Both the position numbers and the translations under genes were made by a program. The notes under the pieces were generated by a model. The model did no database searches, was not told the DNA's origin, and was given only the letters and a program-made list of their open reading frames with translations. Shown in pieces: positions 24,736-38,921 of a DNA stretch of 41,262 nt. The stretch is taken from assembly GCA_000320545.1 (NCBI GenBank), contig ADNK01003164.1, positions 1 through 41,262 of the forward strand. Direction: 5' to 3'. Origin of the DNA: Bigelowiella natans CCMP2755 (taxonomy: Eukaryota; Protista; Cercozoa). Positions within the stretch are counted from its first letter, which is position 1. Each line of letters starts with the position of its first letter.

Positions 24736-25299
24736 TGTAGTACATATTATTCTCCCACAACTATCTTCTAACTAACTAAAAAGCTCTAAACAGCAGCAGC
24801 AGTACTACCCTGTCTTTGACTTCATATGAACGTTCTGTGGTGTTTTGGGAGGTACAGAAGTTGATGTAGACATAATCAAAGAGTTGGATTCCATACCTAA
24901 GAAGGAAGAAGTAGTAGTAGCAGCAGCAGCAGTAGCACGGAAAGGAGGAAGAGGACAAGCAGGAGAAGCAAGATGAGAATAAAAAGTGTGAATAAAATGT
25001 AAATATATGTAATAAAGTTGGATGATAATCCTGTCAAATCAACTGTTGTTGTTGTTGTTGTTCATAATGATGTTCTCTTCTTTTAGATTGAATATAATTT
25101 CAATTAGCTACTGAAACTCCTCCTTCTCTTTTACTTCTTCTTTCTTCGGACTTGTTTTCTTTTATTCTCCCTTCGTTTTTTGCTGTGCTATTTTGATTTC
25201 TTTTTGTATTCGTTATGTGTGTTATATTAGCCATGAATATCCCCTCCCCCCCCCTCTTCCATATCCTCCTCATATCAATATGTTAGACAACGGCCAATA

Positions 25300-25332
<33 letters not shown>

Positions 25333-25585
25333 CTCTAATAATACCCTCTCCCTTGGAGTTTCTGGCAGAAACGATAACTTCGTAAGTAGATTCAGCAGTT
25401 AGTCCGTGCATGGTGTAGTGAACGACTCGACTGACACATATTATGAGGAGGGGGGAGGGGGAAGCACGGGGAGGAGGAAGAGACAACAACGCAGAGAATA
25501 GAGCGACGGACGGAATTAATGATAGATTGATAGGAATAACGTTCTCTTTCTTCCATGAGGATAATTGACTTATATTATTAGTTGT

Positions 25586-25620
<35 letters not shown>

Positions 25621-25882
25621 ACATTAGGAAGAGAAAGGAACGTATAGAGAGTGCTGGAGGATTATGGACTTACGATGGTCATCAGTATATAATGCACTCC
25701 CCCCCTCGCTCTCCTCCTCTCTCACCCCCCATGGTCATTAATTATAGTCTATACTTATGTTCCTCTTTCTCCCTCTGTACCACCACTTTATATCTAGATG
25801 AACCATCCTCTTCCTCCCTCTGTACTATGTTATATGTAAATGAACCATCCACTTCCAGAAGAGGAGGAAGTCGAAGTGTGTG

Positions 25883-25929
<47 letters not shown>

Positions 25930-26247
25930 ACGTAGTTGTGGTTGTGGTTTATCACGAAGGAATATCATTACCTGCCATCATGGAAATCATCATCATCGTC
26001 GTCGTCATCGCCCTTCTTCGGTTCTCCCTTTGCTGCTGTATTGGCTACAGTGCTTGCAATAGTATATCTTCTTCTTGCTGGATGGGGGAGAGAAGAAATA
26101 TTGCATATCTGCCAAGAAGCAGTAGTAATGAGATTATTAGGAGGGTTCTCTTTTCCCTCTATCCTCTCTTGCCTTCTTCCTCCTCCTCCTTCTCTTTCTT
26201 CTGCTGCTTGTTGATACTCCACCAAATCATCAACTTGTGATGAAGAA

Positions 26248-26282
<35 letters not shown>

Positions 26283-27010
26283 TTTATTATTAATAATAGT
26301 AGTGGTACTAGTAGTAGTATCATCATCTATGAGGTGCTGCATCTTCTTCTTCTCCATCATTATTTTCTTCTTCTCCTTCAAGTGACGAGAATCACCAGTA
26401 ATGTTGTTGCCTGTTGTTGTTGTTGTTGCTGCTGCTGCTGCTGCTGTTATAATTGATTCTTCTTCTCCTTTTCCTCCTCTCCCAACTCCATCTTCTTCAG
26501 TAGCAGCTGTTATTGTTGTTGTTGGTGGTGTTGTTGTAGCAGAAGAAGTACTCCCCATAACAATGCGACGATATTTGATTTTGTATCCAAGTAACGTTGC
26601 ACCATTGTCGTTTGAGTCATACCATTTTAGCTGCACACTGTTTGGACCGGCCTTTACCACTCGAAGACTGTTTACTGTGTCTATAAGAGGGAGGGAGGGA
26701 GGGAGGGAGGAGAGATAGATGAATGGACGCATGCATTGCATACACCACCAGAGAAATAAGAGAAAAGAATAAATGTAGAGAAACGAACGCGAGAGAGGGG
26801 GCAAAGGGGGGAAAGAACGATAACGACAAAAAGAGCAAAAAGAAGGTAGATGATTAAAGCCTGATATATATGTAGTATTATGTAGTGAGAGAGAGAAATA
26901 GTAAGAGGGGGGAATGTGAGAAGAGGGAGACTTGTATTGGTTTGCCACCACCTGGTATTTTCGCATCGACTTCGTCTGTTCTTACAACTCCAATCTATGC
27001 GGGTACGAAA

Positions 27011-27064
<54 letters not shown>

Positions 27065-27329
27065 AGAGTGAGTGTGTGATATAAACAATAGCACAAAATA
27101 GTTGTTGAAGTCTTGAATCCTCGAGAACATTAAGCACCGTGATATTATACTACCTAGCAGCAGCTTAAACATATTATTTGATGACATATGGTTACTACTA
27201 CTACAACATCCTTTCTTTTCGTTTTTCCCCATCATCATCATCATCATTCTTCTTCTAACTCAAAATGATTGATTCCCTCAAGGCTGTGTGCATTACGCTG
27301 TTGATCATTTTGATCATCATCATCATTAT

Positions 27330-27361
<32 letters not shown>

Positions 27362-27656
27362 CCTCTCCCCAGGAACTAGCACCAACTGCTGATATGGCGC
27401 GAACACGAAATTGATAACTAAAGCAAATGAATAGATATAGTTAATATTAGGAGAAACATCATCCTTTTCTCCCATCCATCCATTAATCCATCTATCAGCC
27501 TCTTGCTTTTTCTCATGTTTTACAGCCACTACTTCATCATCATCATCAACAACAACAACAACAACTATCAAGAGTAGGAGAATATATAGATGATGATATA
27601 TTGTTGGAAAACAAATAAGCAGCAATCAATCAATCAATCAACCAACCAAACAATAG

Positions 27657-27687
<31 letters not shown>

Positions 27688-27947
27688 CTCTTTCCTGGAT
27701 TTAGACCCATCTGTTTGTCAGCAGAATCTCCACACTGAACGACGATTGTCTAATTGTTGTTGTTACCATGAGTAGTATTCTCCAACAGAAAAATAACAAT
27801 TTAAAGGAAAGGGGGGGCGGGGGATGAAATACGAGTATCAAAAAAATTATTAATAATGATATGGAAGAACAAGAAGTAAAAGGAGGAGGAGGAGGAGGAG
27901 AAAAAGAAGACATCGTAGAGTGGTGAAAAGACAAATATTATTAGTAC

Positions 27948-27982
<35 letters not shown>

Positions 27983-28215
27983 CCAAAATCAATAAAATAA
28001 GACTATCAGCATAGTATCATACCCCACTACTACTACTACTACTACCACTACTACTACTACCACAACCATCGTCCATAGAAGTAGTAGTAGTAGTAGCAGC
28101 AGGTACATGCATGTGCTATTATTATCATTATCATATATTCCCACTCTCTCCTTAACGTGAGAAGACAACTATCTCGTACAATAAGGGGGGGTTACGAATC
28201 GTAAGCACTGTTGTC

Positions 28216-28253
<38 letters not shown>

Positions 28254-28586
28254 CTGTGTGTGTGTGGTAGTAGTAATCTTAACCAGTAATAGCTATATTG
28301 TATATCTTCAAGTAGTAAAAGTAGGTAGTAGTAGTTGTAGCAGTGGTAGTAGTAGCAGCAGTAGCAGTTGTAGTAGTACCGTGGGTTTCTCTCCCTCATA
28401 AATGAGGTTGAAAGCATTTTGCTGCCCTGGAATCATTTGTCTTACGGAGCTCCTAAATCGGTGTAACTGTGGTAGTAGTAAGTAGGATAATAATAAGCTT
28501 CTTCTCTATATGGCAGACAGCAAAGGGATGATGATAATGATAACAACACAGAATAAATGATGGATAAAGAGATAATAGCAAAAGAA

Positions 28587-28622
<36 letters not shown>

Positions 28623-28697
28623 CGATGTTGTTATCTATTAATATTCATTCATTACGTACGACTGGTAATTGCGAGAAGTAAGAATATATGTTTATAA

Positions 28698-28750
<53 letters not shown>

Positions 28751-29878
28751 TTATATAATGTATATCAGTATCCATAATATATATGCATAAATATCGTCAA
28801 TACCCGTTTTCCTGCAGCTTGCCAAAGTGACCGAATACGATGGGGCATCTGATAAATGATGAAGAAAGGGTGGAGGGATAGAAAGAGAAAAGAGAAAGAG
28901 AAAGAAGAAGAAGAAAATAGTGATGAAGATGAAACGTTGGGAGGATATATGTGCTATTCACCAATCGTTAATTTGTGTAAAACAAAAAGTTGTTATAATG
29001 AGTAGTCGCTAGTAAATATTGTATAATAGCATTTTTATTCCAGTTCCAAAGTATGATCATATACATATCAACAATTAATTCCAAAATAGTATTGATGAGA
29101 ATACATAAATTTTGTAAATAGTAGTTAAGTTCTGATGTAACTGCTTCTTCTTCTTCTTCTTCTAGCTGCTACTACTACTACTCCTCTTTTTCATCAAAGC
29201 AGTATACAAACGAGAACAATCAATACTAATGACTACGATGATGATGATGATCATGAAGGTTTCAACCCTAATGTACATTCATCATCATCATCATCCTCAT
29301 TATCATGAGGAATTCAGCAGCAGCAGCGGCAGTAGCAGACAAACACATACAATACAACAACAACGGTAACACTTAAACACGGTGTCGTTGTGTGTTTTAA
29401 TGGTGCTGCTGATAACGTATTATTACATTCCTCAAGAAGCTTCCTACAGCAGTCCGTAGCTTCTTTCCCCATAAAAAAGAGATGAATCTCCATCTTGTGC
29501 TGTTCTTCTTTCTCAAGTTCCTCCTCCTATTATTCGTGTTATCTGCACCATCTTCTTCTTCTTTTCCTTCCATGCTTTGGAAGAAGACACCACCAAGGCG
29601 TTCTTCTCCCTTCTTCTTCTCAAGAGTCTAGTACAAGGATAACATTCATCCAAATTTAATAACAACAATAATGGAGAAACAAGCCTATCAGTAAAGAATT
29701 ATCATCATGCCATCATCATTATCATCATCATTGTTTTGTTTAAACTAATCTAAGAGGTCATCGTCACTGCTCACGTAAGTAAGTAAGTAAGTAGTAACCT
29801 ATATACTCCTTATAGATATTATCCTTACAAAATCGTAGTAAAAATAATTGAGATTGTATGGTGACTAGTATAAGTATA

Positions 29879-29910
<32 letters not shown>

Positions 29911-30400
29911 TATGTGTTATGTGTGTGGAATGTCACAAACATCATTCATGATGTTTCTTAAATACTACTACTCCGATAAACAAATTACTACATATTATCT
30001 TTTCTACACTACTAATGATGCTACTTACCGAATCATCGTAATGGTGATGAGGAAGGTGCTCATCATCACCAGCACTACTTAACAGAGATATTAACTTCTT
30101 GCCCTCCACCTCCTCCTCTTCCTCCTCTATTCCATTTTTTTTCTTTTTCTTCTTTTTTTGTTCCTGCTGTCGGTGATAAATTCGGTCGTATCTCATCATA
30201 GGAGCAGGGTGTCCTAACATTCCACCCCCCGTGCTGCTGCTGCTGCTGCTACTGCTACTGCTGCTGCTACTTTCTCTGCTGGATATAACGTAGTATACAC
30301 ATTAAGTTCTCACTTCCTACTTTGGGAGATAACGATTGAATCTACTACTACTACTATTAAGAACAACGTCTTTCCCATTTTAACACACACACACACACAA

Positions 30401-30440
<40 letters not shown>

Positions 30441-30930
30441 TAGTAGCAATTAGTAGTAGTAGTAACAGCAGCAGCAGCAGTATGTGGATGTATGTAAGTT
30501 AATATAATGTTGTTTGGTTTGGAATTACCTGACGATGATATTGACTTCATTTTTCCCTCCTTCTTCTTTTTCTCCTTCTTGTTCTTCCTCATCATCTTCC
30601 TTCTCCTCTTCTTGACGAATGACTCTATTGCTTCTACTACTACTTAAATTACCAACTGTGTTGTCAGTAGGGTTAATAATGCTGCTGGTTGCTGCTGCTG
30701 AAGTGCTGTTTTCCGATGTAGTAGTAGTAGTAGTAGTAGTAGAGGAAGAAGAAGAAGAAGAAGAAGAAGAAGAAGAAGGCTCTTCCCTCTCCCCCTCCTC
30801 CTCCTCCTCCTTCTCCTTCCTTTTCTCCTGCTGCTGCTTCCTCATCACCCTTTCATGCTGCTCCTCCTCATATAATAATGATGATGATGATGATGATTCA
30901 TCATCATCATCATCAACTTCTTCTCTCTCT

Positions 30931-30965
<35 letters not shown>

Positions 30966-31160
30966 GCTATTTTCTTCAGCGAAGACTCTATGTTTACCAT
31001 CAACAGTAGCACTGTTACTAGTACCATCAAAAACATGCTTATCAGTGATCAATTGCTGTTTCTTATTATTACTCATTTTTATTTCATTGATAATTGGATA
31101 ATTCTCTTTATCGTCGTTTCCAACATCGCCGTCGGAGAGTTGCTTCTGCTCACCGTGTGT

Positions 31161-31192
<32 letters not shown>

Positions 31193-32866
31193 AAGAGATT
31201 TCTGCCATCATACCCTTCTTCACCGTCTCTTCAATCCTGCTGGTGGTGGTGCTGTTGTATTTGTTTTGAAGTGTAGAAGGAAGGACTCTCTTCTTATCCT
31301 CAACTACTACTTTTTCTTTATTTATGTTATCTGCAGCAGCAGCAGCAGCATCAACTTCTTGAGAATGGGAATGATCAATACACGACGCCGTCCTTTTTTG
31401 TGCTGTCGTCGCCGTCCTCATTGCTGTTTTTGAGGATATGTTCTCAGCAGACTTGGTACAACCATGACCAACACCATCATCATCGTATTTTGTTTCTCCA
31501 TTCAAATAGGAAGAATTTGGGCTAGTAGTGCCTTCTGCTCCCAACGACGTCGTCGTCGTCGTCGTCGTCGTCGTCGGGTTACCACTCTTTTGGATTTTCT
31601 CGTGAGCTGATTCTTTATTTTGACCTTTTTGTTCCTTTTTTCGTAACTCAATATAATGTTGTTTATTATTATATTTCTCTGTTACGATCCTGCTATCTTT
31701 GTTAATATCATTATCATAAAGCAGGTTGCTTTCTTCTTCATCTTCAGCCTCCTTCTCCCTTTTCCCATGATTAGTGTAATAATTCTTGTCACCTCCTTCT
31801 TCTGATGGAAGTGGAGTAGTAGCCCTCCTTGTATTGTTGTTGTTGTTGTTGTTGTTGTTGTCTTCTTCTTTATACGAATGATGCTGAATACTGGAATCGT
31901 CGTCTTCTGGTACAACTGCTACTACCTCCTTTGCAGCTACTAATGATGGCGACGGGATCGAGGACGAAGAAGAAGATGATAATGATGATGTTTGGTGCTC
32001 TTGAGTTGTACTGCTACTAGTGGTAGGAGGAGGAAGAGGGGGGGAAGGAAGAGGAGGAGAATTGGCGGAAGGAGAAATGTTCCGTGTCGTTGGAGATGTT
32101 GATGAGGGTGATGACGATGATGATGAAACTAATACACTTGAAGAAGTCTCACGTGTAGCAGCCGTAGCTTCATTATCATGAGCGGTTGTAGTTACAATGT
32201 TGTTTTTCGATGCTGTCGTATCTGAATAAGGTGACGACGAAGATAAAGAAGAAGAAGAAGAAGAAGAAGAAGAAGAAGAAGGGCATTTTGTCCTCCTTCT
32301 TCTTCTCACTGGATCATCACCATTATCATCATCGTCGTCATCATCGTAATCAGCATCAGCAGTATCACTAGTATGAATGCCGTCGGTTTTACTTGGATGA
32401 TGATGCCAATCAGCAGGATGAATAGATGGCTCGAGAGTGGTGGTGGTGGTAGATGATAATGAAGTAGAAGTAGTAGTAGTAGTAGTAGTATTGAGAGCAG
32501 TTTCAGTATCATCAGTAGTGCTATCAACACCACCACCAGTAATCCTAGAACCAGCAGCTCTGGAAGATAAGGAAGAAGAAGTAGAAGAAGAAGAAGGAAG
32601 TACTACTGGTTGTTCCGATGTAAATTTTGTTCCGTCCGGTAGTGTTCTTGTCGCAATGGTAGTAGTAGTAGTAGTAGTAGTAGTAGCAGCAGTGTTTGTT
32701 GTTGGCAGCCTCTTCTTCGACTGATCATTATTACCCATCCTTTTGTGCTGCATGATAGATGCATCATAGTCTTGCTCCTCCTTGTCGTAGATTTTATCAT
32801 GTCTCTGTCGTTCCATATCCTCTCCTTCCGTTTGGTTGACAAACGGGATGTTATTATTATCATTAT

Positions 32867-32899
<33 letters not shown>

Positions 32900-34282
32900 A
32901 TGCTGCTGGTTGTGCTGATGGTTGTAGGTTTGACGATGATTGCTGATGCCTTAGGTTATCGAGAGATTGTTTTGCAGTCTTAGCATGATTTCCTTTGCTA
33001 CTGCGCTTAGACTTTGAAGAAGAAGATGATGATGATGTAACGTTGAAGGATGGATCATCGTTGATAGTAGTAGTAGTAGTAGCAGTAGCAGTAGTGGTAG
33101 TCGTCGTCCGATTATTATTATCATTACTAGCTGCTTCTTTAGCAACCACCTGGTGTTCTCCTTTTCTATTCTTTACCGGTATTTCCAGACCACCATTTCT
33201 TCCCCCCCCCCCCCCACCATTCAAACCAGAGGGGATTCCACTAAATATAAAACCATAAAACGACGACGACGGTGACGTTTATATTAAGGTAACAGGTACA
33301 AACTACTAGGAGGTACCCTAATGCTACATATTTTCGTGCTGATTAGCTTCTGTTATAGACATAATAAGAACAATCTTATTTACAACTACAACAAATAAAT
33401 ACAGACAACTCACTTTTTATTGTAATTATTCTGATGATGATGCTGCTTCTTCTTCCTGGTTGTGGGATGATCCCTATTGAATCTTGACGTAATAATCGAC
33501 TCCCAAGTCCATTTTATCTAATTGTACGATATTATTACTATTACTACTTGTAGTATTAGATAATTCACAACTATATAGTAACAATATTACATAACGAAGG
33601 TTGTGTTGTTGTAAGTAAGTACTTCTACAACTGCAACTACAACTATTACTATATTAGTACCTTACGACATTCGAGTTCGTATGAAATAACATGGTACCTA
33701 AGCACATTTATAATATTATTACTTCCTATTATTTTCATTATTACAATATTGCCTTTCAAATACGATGATTTGTCCGTGTCTTATTCTCCTCTCATAGTGT
33801 ATGTATGTATGTGTGTATGTGTGTATAGTAGTATGTACATATGTCTTCCTCTCATTACGTATGTATGTATGAATACCCACCCCCTGGGCTTCGATTCGTC
33901 CCATACTATCTCCAGAGTGCGCTCAGAAGTCATAATGGCCTTTTACAACAAAAGCAGCAGCAGCAGTAGTAAAGTAATGGATGCATTCAACGAGAAGAAG
34001 ATAGTAAGTCGTCATCATCATCATCATCATTATCATCATCGTCTTGATCATCCCACATCCTGGTTATTATTATTATTGTTACTATCATTATTATTACCCT
34101 AGGTATTCCTGGTGGTTCTGGTGGCTTCCCTGCCAGCGTTCTGAAACATGCAATATTGCTCCAATATCCCGGCCTTGAAGGATCTCCTCCAATTGCACGC
34201 ACCTTGAATAGAGAGGAGGAAGGAGAAGGGGGAGGGTGGTGAGTTGTATCAGTGTCACCACTACTACTACTGCAAGCACCGT

Positions 34283-34317
<35 letters not shown>

Positions 34318-35226
34318 CCTGGAAACAGTACTCAGAGTCAGGTGCCAGACTGCTCACTTTTATCGACGTTGCATCTTCTTCAGGCTGCTTATCAAGTAGA
34401 CGGAACTTCATCTTAATGCCCTTCTTCTTCTTCTTCTTCACGCCAGTGATGGGATGAATAGTATCCGCTGTAACTAGATCATCAGTGCTAGCTGGAGATG
34501 CCGACGACGATGAGAGAGACGATGATGATGACGTTGAAGAAGAAGAATACAAGGGCGTGATAGGTGAGGAAGAGGAGAGGTTAGAGCGATCATGGTGGTG
34601 CGTGTGGGGGGGGGGAGCAGGAAATGGCCCTGCGACTTGAATCTCGAAGCTTTTCGCCTTTAGTTAGTATCATTGATATTCAGTAATCAGTATGTAGAAT
34701 CCATACCATCACTACCACACACCATCTGCAGCAGCAGCAGCAGCATCTTAATATCCATCTTAAGATGCTGCATTAACTACGTGAAGAAGAAATCATTAAT
34801 GGTGATAGTTCTGATTCAAGGGTGAGGACTCTGCTCACTACACTACTTGAACTACTACTACTTTAGAGTATCATGGTTGACAATAATACCTGAGCAGAAG
34901 TTGCTGATGGGATCTCCCACGAAAACGATATAGACGTATAATCAAATGCAATCAACTGAAGGACTGAGATATAATAAGAAGAGGAAGTGATCAAATGTAT
35001 ATCAACATGTACACATATACATATCGAGTCGTCATACACAAAATAGAAGTCTGCGCACTACTTTCTGGCACTCCTTCAAACGGAGTAAGCTCCTCTTTTG
35101 TGGTTGTCTTTGTCGACTTATGCTTCTTCTTTCTTCCGTAGCCTAGATGATGTGCATGTTATTTATCATTCTCCTGCTGGCTGCTTGTGGACTATTGCTT
35201 GCTACTACTGAATTATTACATTGTAA

Positions 35227-35259
<33 letters not shown>

Positions 35260-36442
35260 AAGTAGTAGCATTTACTACTTACTACTTTAATCGTCGTTTA
35301 TGACTGGTATCGTATTATATACGTGTGTATGTATGTATGTATGTATGTATGTATGATAGGGGGAGTGGCAGGATCCATCAACATCCTCATTTTCGTAAAC
35401 AACATCGAATAGTGAATAGAATCATGGGAATTGCTGCTACTATACAGCTTTATGTTACTTTGATGATACCCCTCACAATGTAGTACGTAGTATTCATTTA
35501 GAGCAAATAAAAAATATGGATGGAGCGCCATGTTGTCCTTCTTTTTGTGCAGCAGCAGCAGCTTGTTATTACTACTACCTGCGAACCAAGGATAACCAAG
35601 ATACCCATCTCTACTGCCACTGCTACTACTACTTTCTCCTCCTCCCCCTCCTCCTCTTCCTTCTCCCATGTATTCGTAGTAGTCTCCCATTATTCTACTG
35701 CTGCTCGAAATCAGTCGTCGCCGTTGTATTCCATCGTACCGGGATCCATTAGGGACAACAACCACCACCACCACCACCAGTAGCAGCAGCAGCAGTGGTA
35801 TGAAGCATGCTACTGGAAAGGAATAAGTACGCAACAACAACACAAAACTATGAGCTTAATGATTATGGACGGCGATTGATAGTCGAAAGAAGATAGATCT
35901 ATGCAGTATGTGCGCTGTTATCTTCCGGTTCTCTCTATTCTCGCCATGGGAAAACATGCATAATTTTTCTCCCCCTCCTCCTCTCTTCTCTGAGGTATAA
36001 CACCTAGAAAACTCTGAAATCTTATAATGATCCTAGTGGCAATGGAAGAATTCATTCGTGTTCTCCGACAGCACCAACGATCAAGACAACTGTGCTGCTG
36101 CAGAGCCGAATATTTATGATGATGACTACATCCTCCTTTTCTAGGTAAAGATTCATGTCTGAGCAGTAGTTCTGTGTATTCCGATGGTGCTGGCGAGAAT
36201 GATGCTGTGACAGCGTGTTCCATGGATTTGGAATGTGTTGCTGGTGATGATGATGATGATGACATTGATTCAGCCGCAGATAGCTGGAAAACTTCTAAAT
36301 TGTTAGCATTCTTGTCATCATAACTGCTGTCATACTCAGATTGGTAACCCGCCCTGAGACAACCAAATAAATGATAATTTAATATTGATGAGTTGAGTAC
36401 AAATAATGCTACAAGCTGTGATAACGTGTTAACTCTCACCAT
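22041..36442 (-). CDS. Large secreted multi-exon protein: signal peptide, four fibronectin type III domains with very long low-complexity insertions, and a C-terminal 14-Cys domain
   Basis: A signal-like N-terminus (MVRVNTLSQLVALFVLNSSIL) starts at 36442. FN3-1: TSISFSWEIP..VSSLAPDSEYCFQ|VRAIGG..GYWSN (34950-34130). FN3-2: LEIVWDES..G|YHVISYELE...YQFRVRAISAVGASSW (33940-27365). FN3-3: SVQLKWYDSNDNGATLLGYKIKY...GLTAESTYEVIVSARNSKG (26680-25345). FN3-4: IDISWSAP..LLPA|VPYSFRVRACNGAG|CSAYT (24485-23090). Terminal exons 22773-22729, 22540-22466 and 22259-22041 join in frame. Some internal exons are unresolved. Confidence 0.8.
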
Positions 36443-38395
36443 CTCGACTTGCCCAGCAAAATGACTCCACTTCTTCGTCCATCATCCTCCTCCGGTTCCA
36501 TGCCCGATTGGGTAAGGAAAAATGGGTAGCTTAGTGGTTTGGTTGTGCTACTACTACTACTACTACTTTATTTGGTGTTGAGCATGTGCTTTCCCCATGT
36601 AGAATGTAGAAACTAGGTTGCTTTTTCCGAAAGCATCTGGTAGGCGGAAAGAGTGTAGTAATGATGGAGATGGAGAATGACGAGAAGAATAAGGAGGAGG
36701 AGGAGGAAGGTGGTGGTGGTGGGTACCCTCTACCTCGTTCCAACCAAAAGAATTGCAATTTCGGAAGGAGTAGAGACTAAGAACTAACACTCCACTTTTA
36801 GCCGTACAATAACACCTATATTATTGCCATTCATTTATTGCGACTTACATAAAAAGGCTTTTAAGAATTAATTATGGCCCTTTATAGCAGTTTGGCTGTC
36901 TGAGAAAAGTGTAACAAAACTAACAGAACTTCAGCGAGAGAGGAGAAGGGGCCCACACACCCGCTCGGTCGGATGGAGAAGGAGCAGGAGGAGGGGGGGG
37001 GGGAACCTGATCATCCAATTATTCGCATTAGAGACTTGGAGGCCCTAACGCACATCCTCCATCAAGTTCTCAAATTTCTACATGCGAACGAGGTTGTAAG
37101 GATAATGATAGCAATAATATAAGTAGCGGTGTGCGAAAAATGGCAATAGGTGAGCAGTTGTAGTAGGTAGTAGTAGCAATAGTAGCAGCAGTGGTTGTGG
37201 TGGTGGTGGTAGAGGTGGTAGAATCGAGAAGAAACCTTGCCTGCTCCTCTTTCTGCTGCTGCTGCTGCTGCTGCTGGTGGAAGTACTCTAAAAGGTTCAG
37301 ATGGGGGTGGTGTGCCTCAATTTCAAGTGTTTATTAATCAATGAAATAGTGAATGCATGATGAAGTAGTAGCACTCATTCTTTGGCTGCTCTTGGCTACT
37401 ACTTCCTTACTAGGTTTGTACATTTGGAAGGGTGTCAAAGAAATGGTGCGAGGTGGGTGATGATCATTTTGGATCAACATCACAATACACTGCTTGTATG
37501 AGTTACGAGTGAGTGCCATGTGTGCCTTCCCCCCTTATTTCTTGTTTCAGCTTGCCAACTGCCTTATAACCATACCCCCATCCCTGTGTGCTATGGAATA
37601 CTGGCTAATACCATGCCACCGCCGCTTTTATGTACTGAGCAACACTAGCTTATCCTTCACTACTGCCTACGATATACACTAAAATGCTATTATGATGATG
37701 TATCATCAGGTCGGTTCCTCTCCACTCATTTGGAAGCAAATGTGCAAACGACTTTTTGAAGGAAAGGTAGTAGTGTTTTGGATTGATGATGCTACTACTT
37801 AAAATGATGCATACATTCCTACATGCAACTGCTATGTACATGCTTACTTCTAGACGGTGGGTTTACAGTACAGCAAGGGTCGTATTCTTCTTGTTATGTT
37901 CCTCCGTCCGTCTATCTTCCGTCATTATCAAATATATTTCGAAAAATGTGATGACTCCCTCCTATGATTAAGCCTGCTTTCAATTTAACAAAAATGATGA
38001 TATATGAGTGAACTAGTAGTACCGCATCGCTGCTCCTGACTGGTGCTGCTTCTTATTATTATTTCTTTCAGAAGCATGTACGGATCACAGACGAAAGAAA
38101 ATACTTCAAGCACACGTGAGAAGGAAGCCAAAAATATATCATTATCATTCAAAAGCTACCTAGCACATTGATTCGATGCCTAAGATGGATGGATAATACT
38201 TGCTGCTTTTCAATCATCACCTCAACTGATGGATGGCCACGATGTAGGTATGTAGAGGCACTTAACGACGGTCGAAGGGAAAATATTACAGCTGGTATAC
38301 ACTTCTTAGAGAAGAAGACAGCAAAGATGGGTTCAGAAGAACAGTACTAAAATGGAGAGATATTCAACAAAAAGATGCATGAATCAGACTCTTCC

Positions 38396-38479
38396 TCCTC
38401 TTTCTTCTCGATAGCATTGTGTTGTGGACATAGCAAGAGATTCCTCTTTCTTCTCGATGGCATTATATTGTGGACATAG
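38396..38479. repeat. Imperfect 38-bp direct repeat (38396-38433 / 38442-38479)
   Basis: tcctctttcttctcgatAgcattGtGttgtggacatag versus tcctctttcttctcgatGgcattAtAttgtggacatag; 3 mismatches. Confidence 0.9.
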
Positions 38480-38821
38480 TAGGCGAGAATGTCACAATAA
38501 TTATTCTTGTTATTCTTTTTGCTAATATTCCTATCATTAATGTTAATCAGTAACCATACTAAGTGATAGCCATCGTTTTGCTCACCACAACTAACAACAT
38601 GAAATCAGAAGAACTTGTGCAATATCACTGGGAGTTTTCGTACAAGGTCAATCACTGTGATGATGTCTTAAATAAAGGGTATTCGTTACCATTCGTCTCA
38701 TCAGCAACCAGCAGCATCATTCATAGCTAAGACGCAGTTTGACAGAAATGTCTAGGTTCTGATTTTACAGCAATGGAGCCGTTCTTCAAAAGCCAGGTGG
38801 TGGTTTGCCATCGATACAATC

Positions 38822-38921
38822 ATCACTTTACCAGCCACAGAATCACAGTAACTACTGCTGCTACTACTATTATCACTTTACCAGCCACAGAATCACAGTA
38901 ACTACTGCTGCTACTACTATT
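38822..38921. repeat. Perfect 50-bp tandem duplication
   Basis: atcactttaccagccacagaatcacagtaactactgctgctactactatt occurs twice in tandem. Confidence 0.95.

Noticed and set aside
30619-33258. Plus-strand poly-Leu/Val ORFs (also 7422-8015, 23609-24223, 25692-26718)
   Set aside because: They are antisense shadows of trinucleotide-repeat exons or introns of minus-strand genes.
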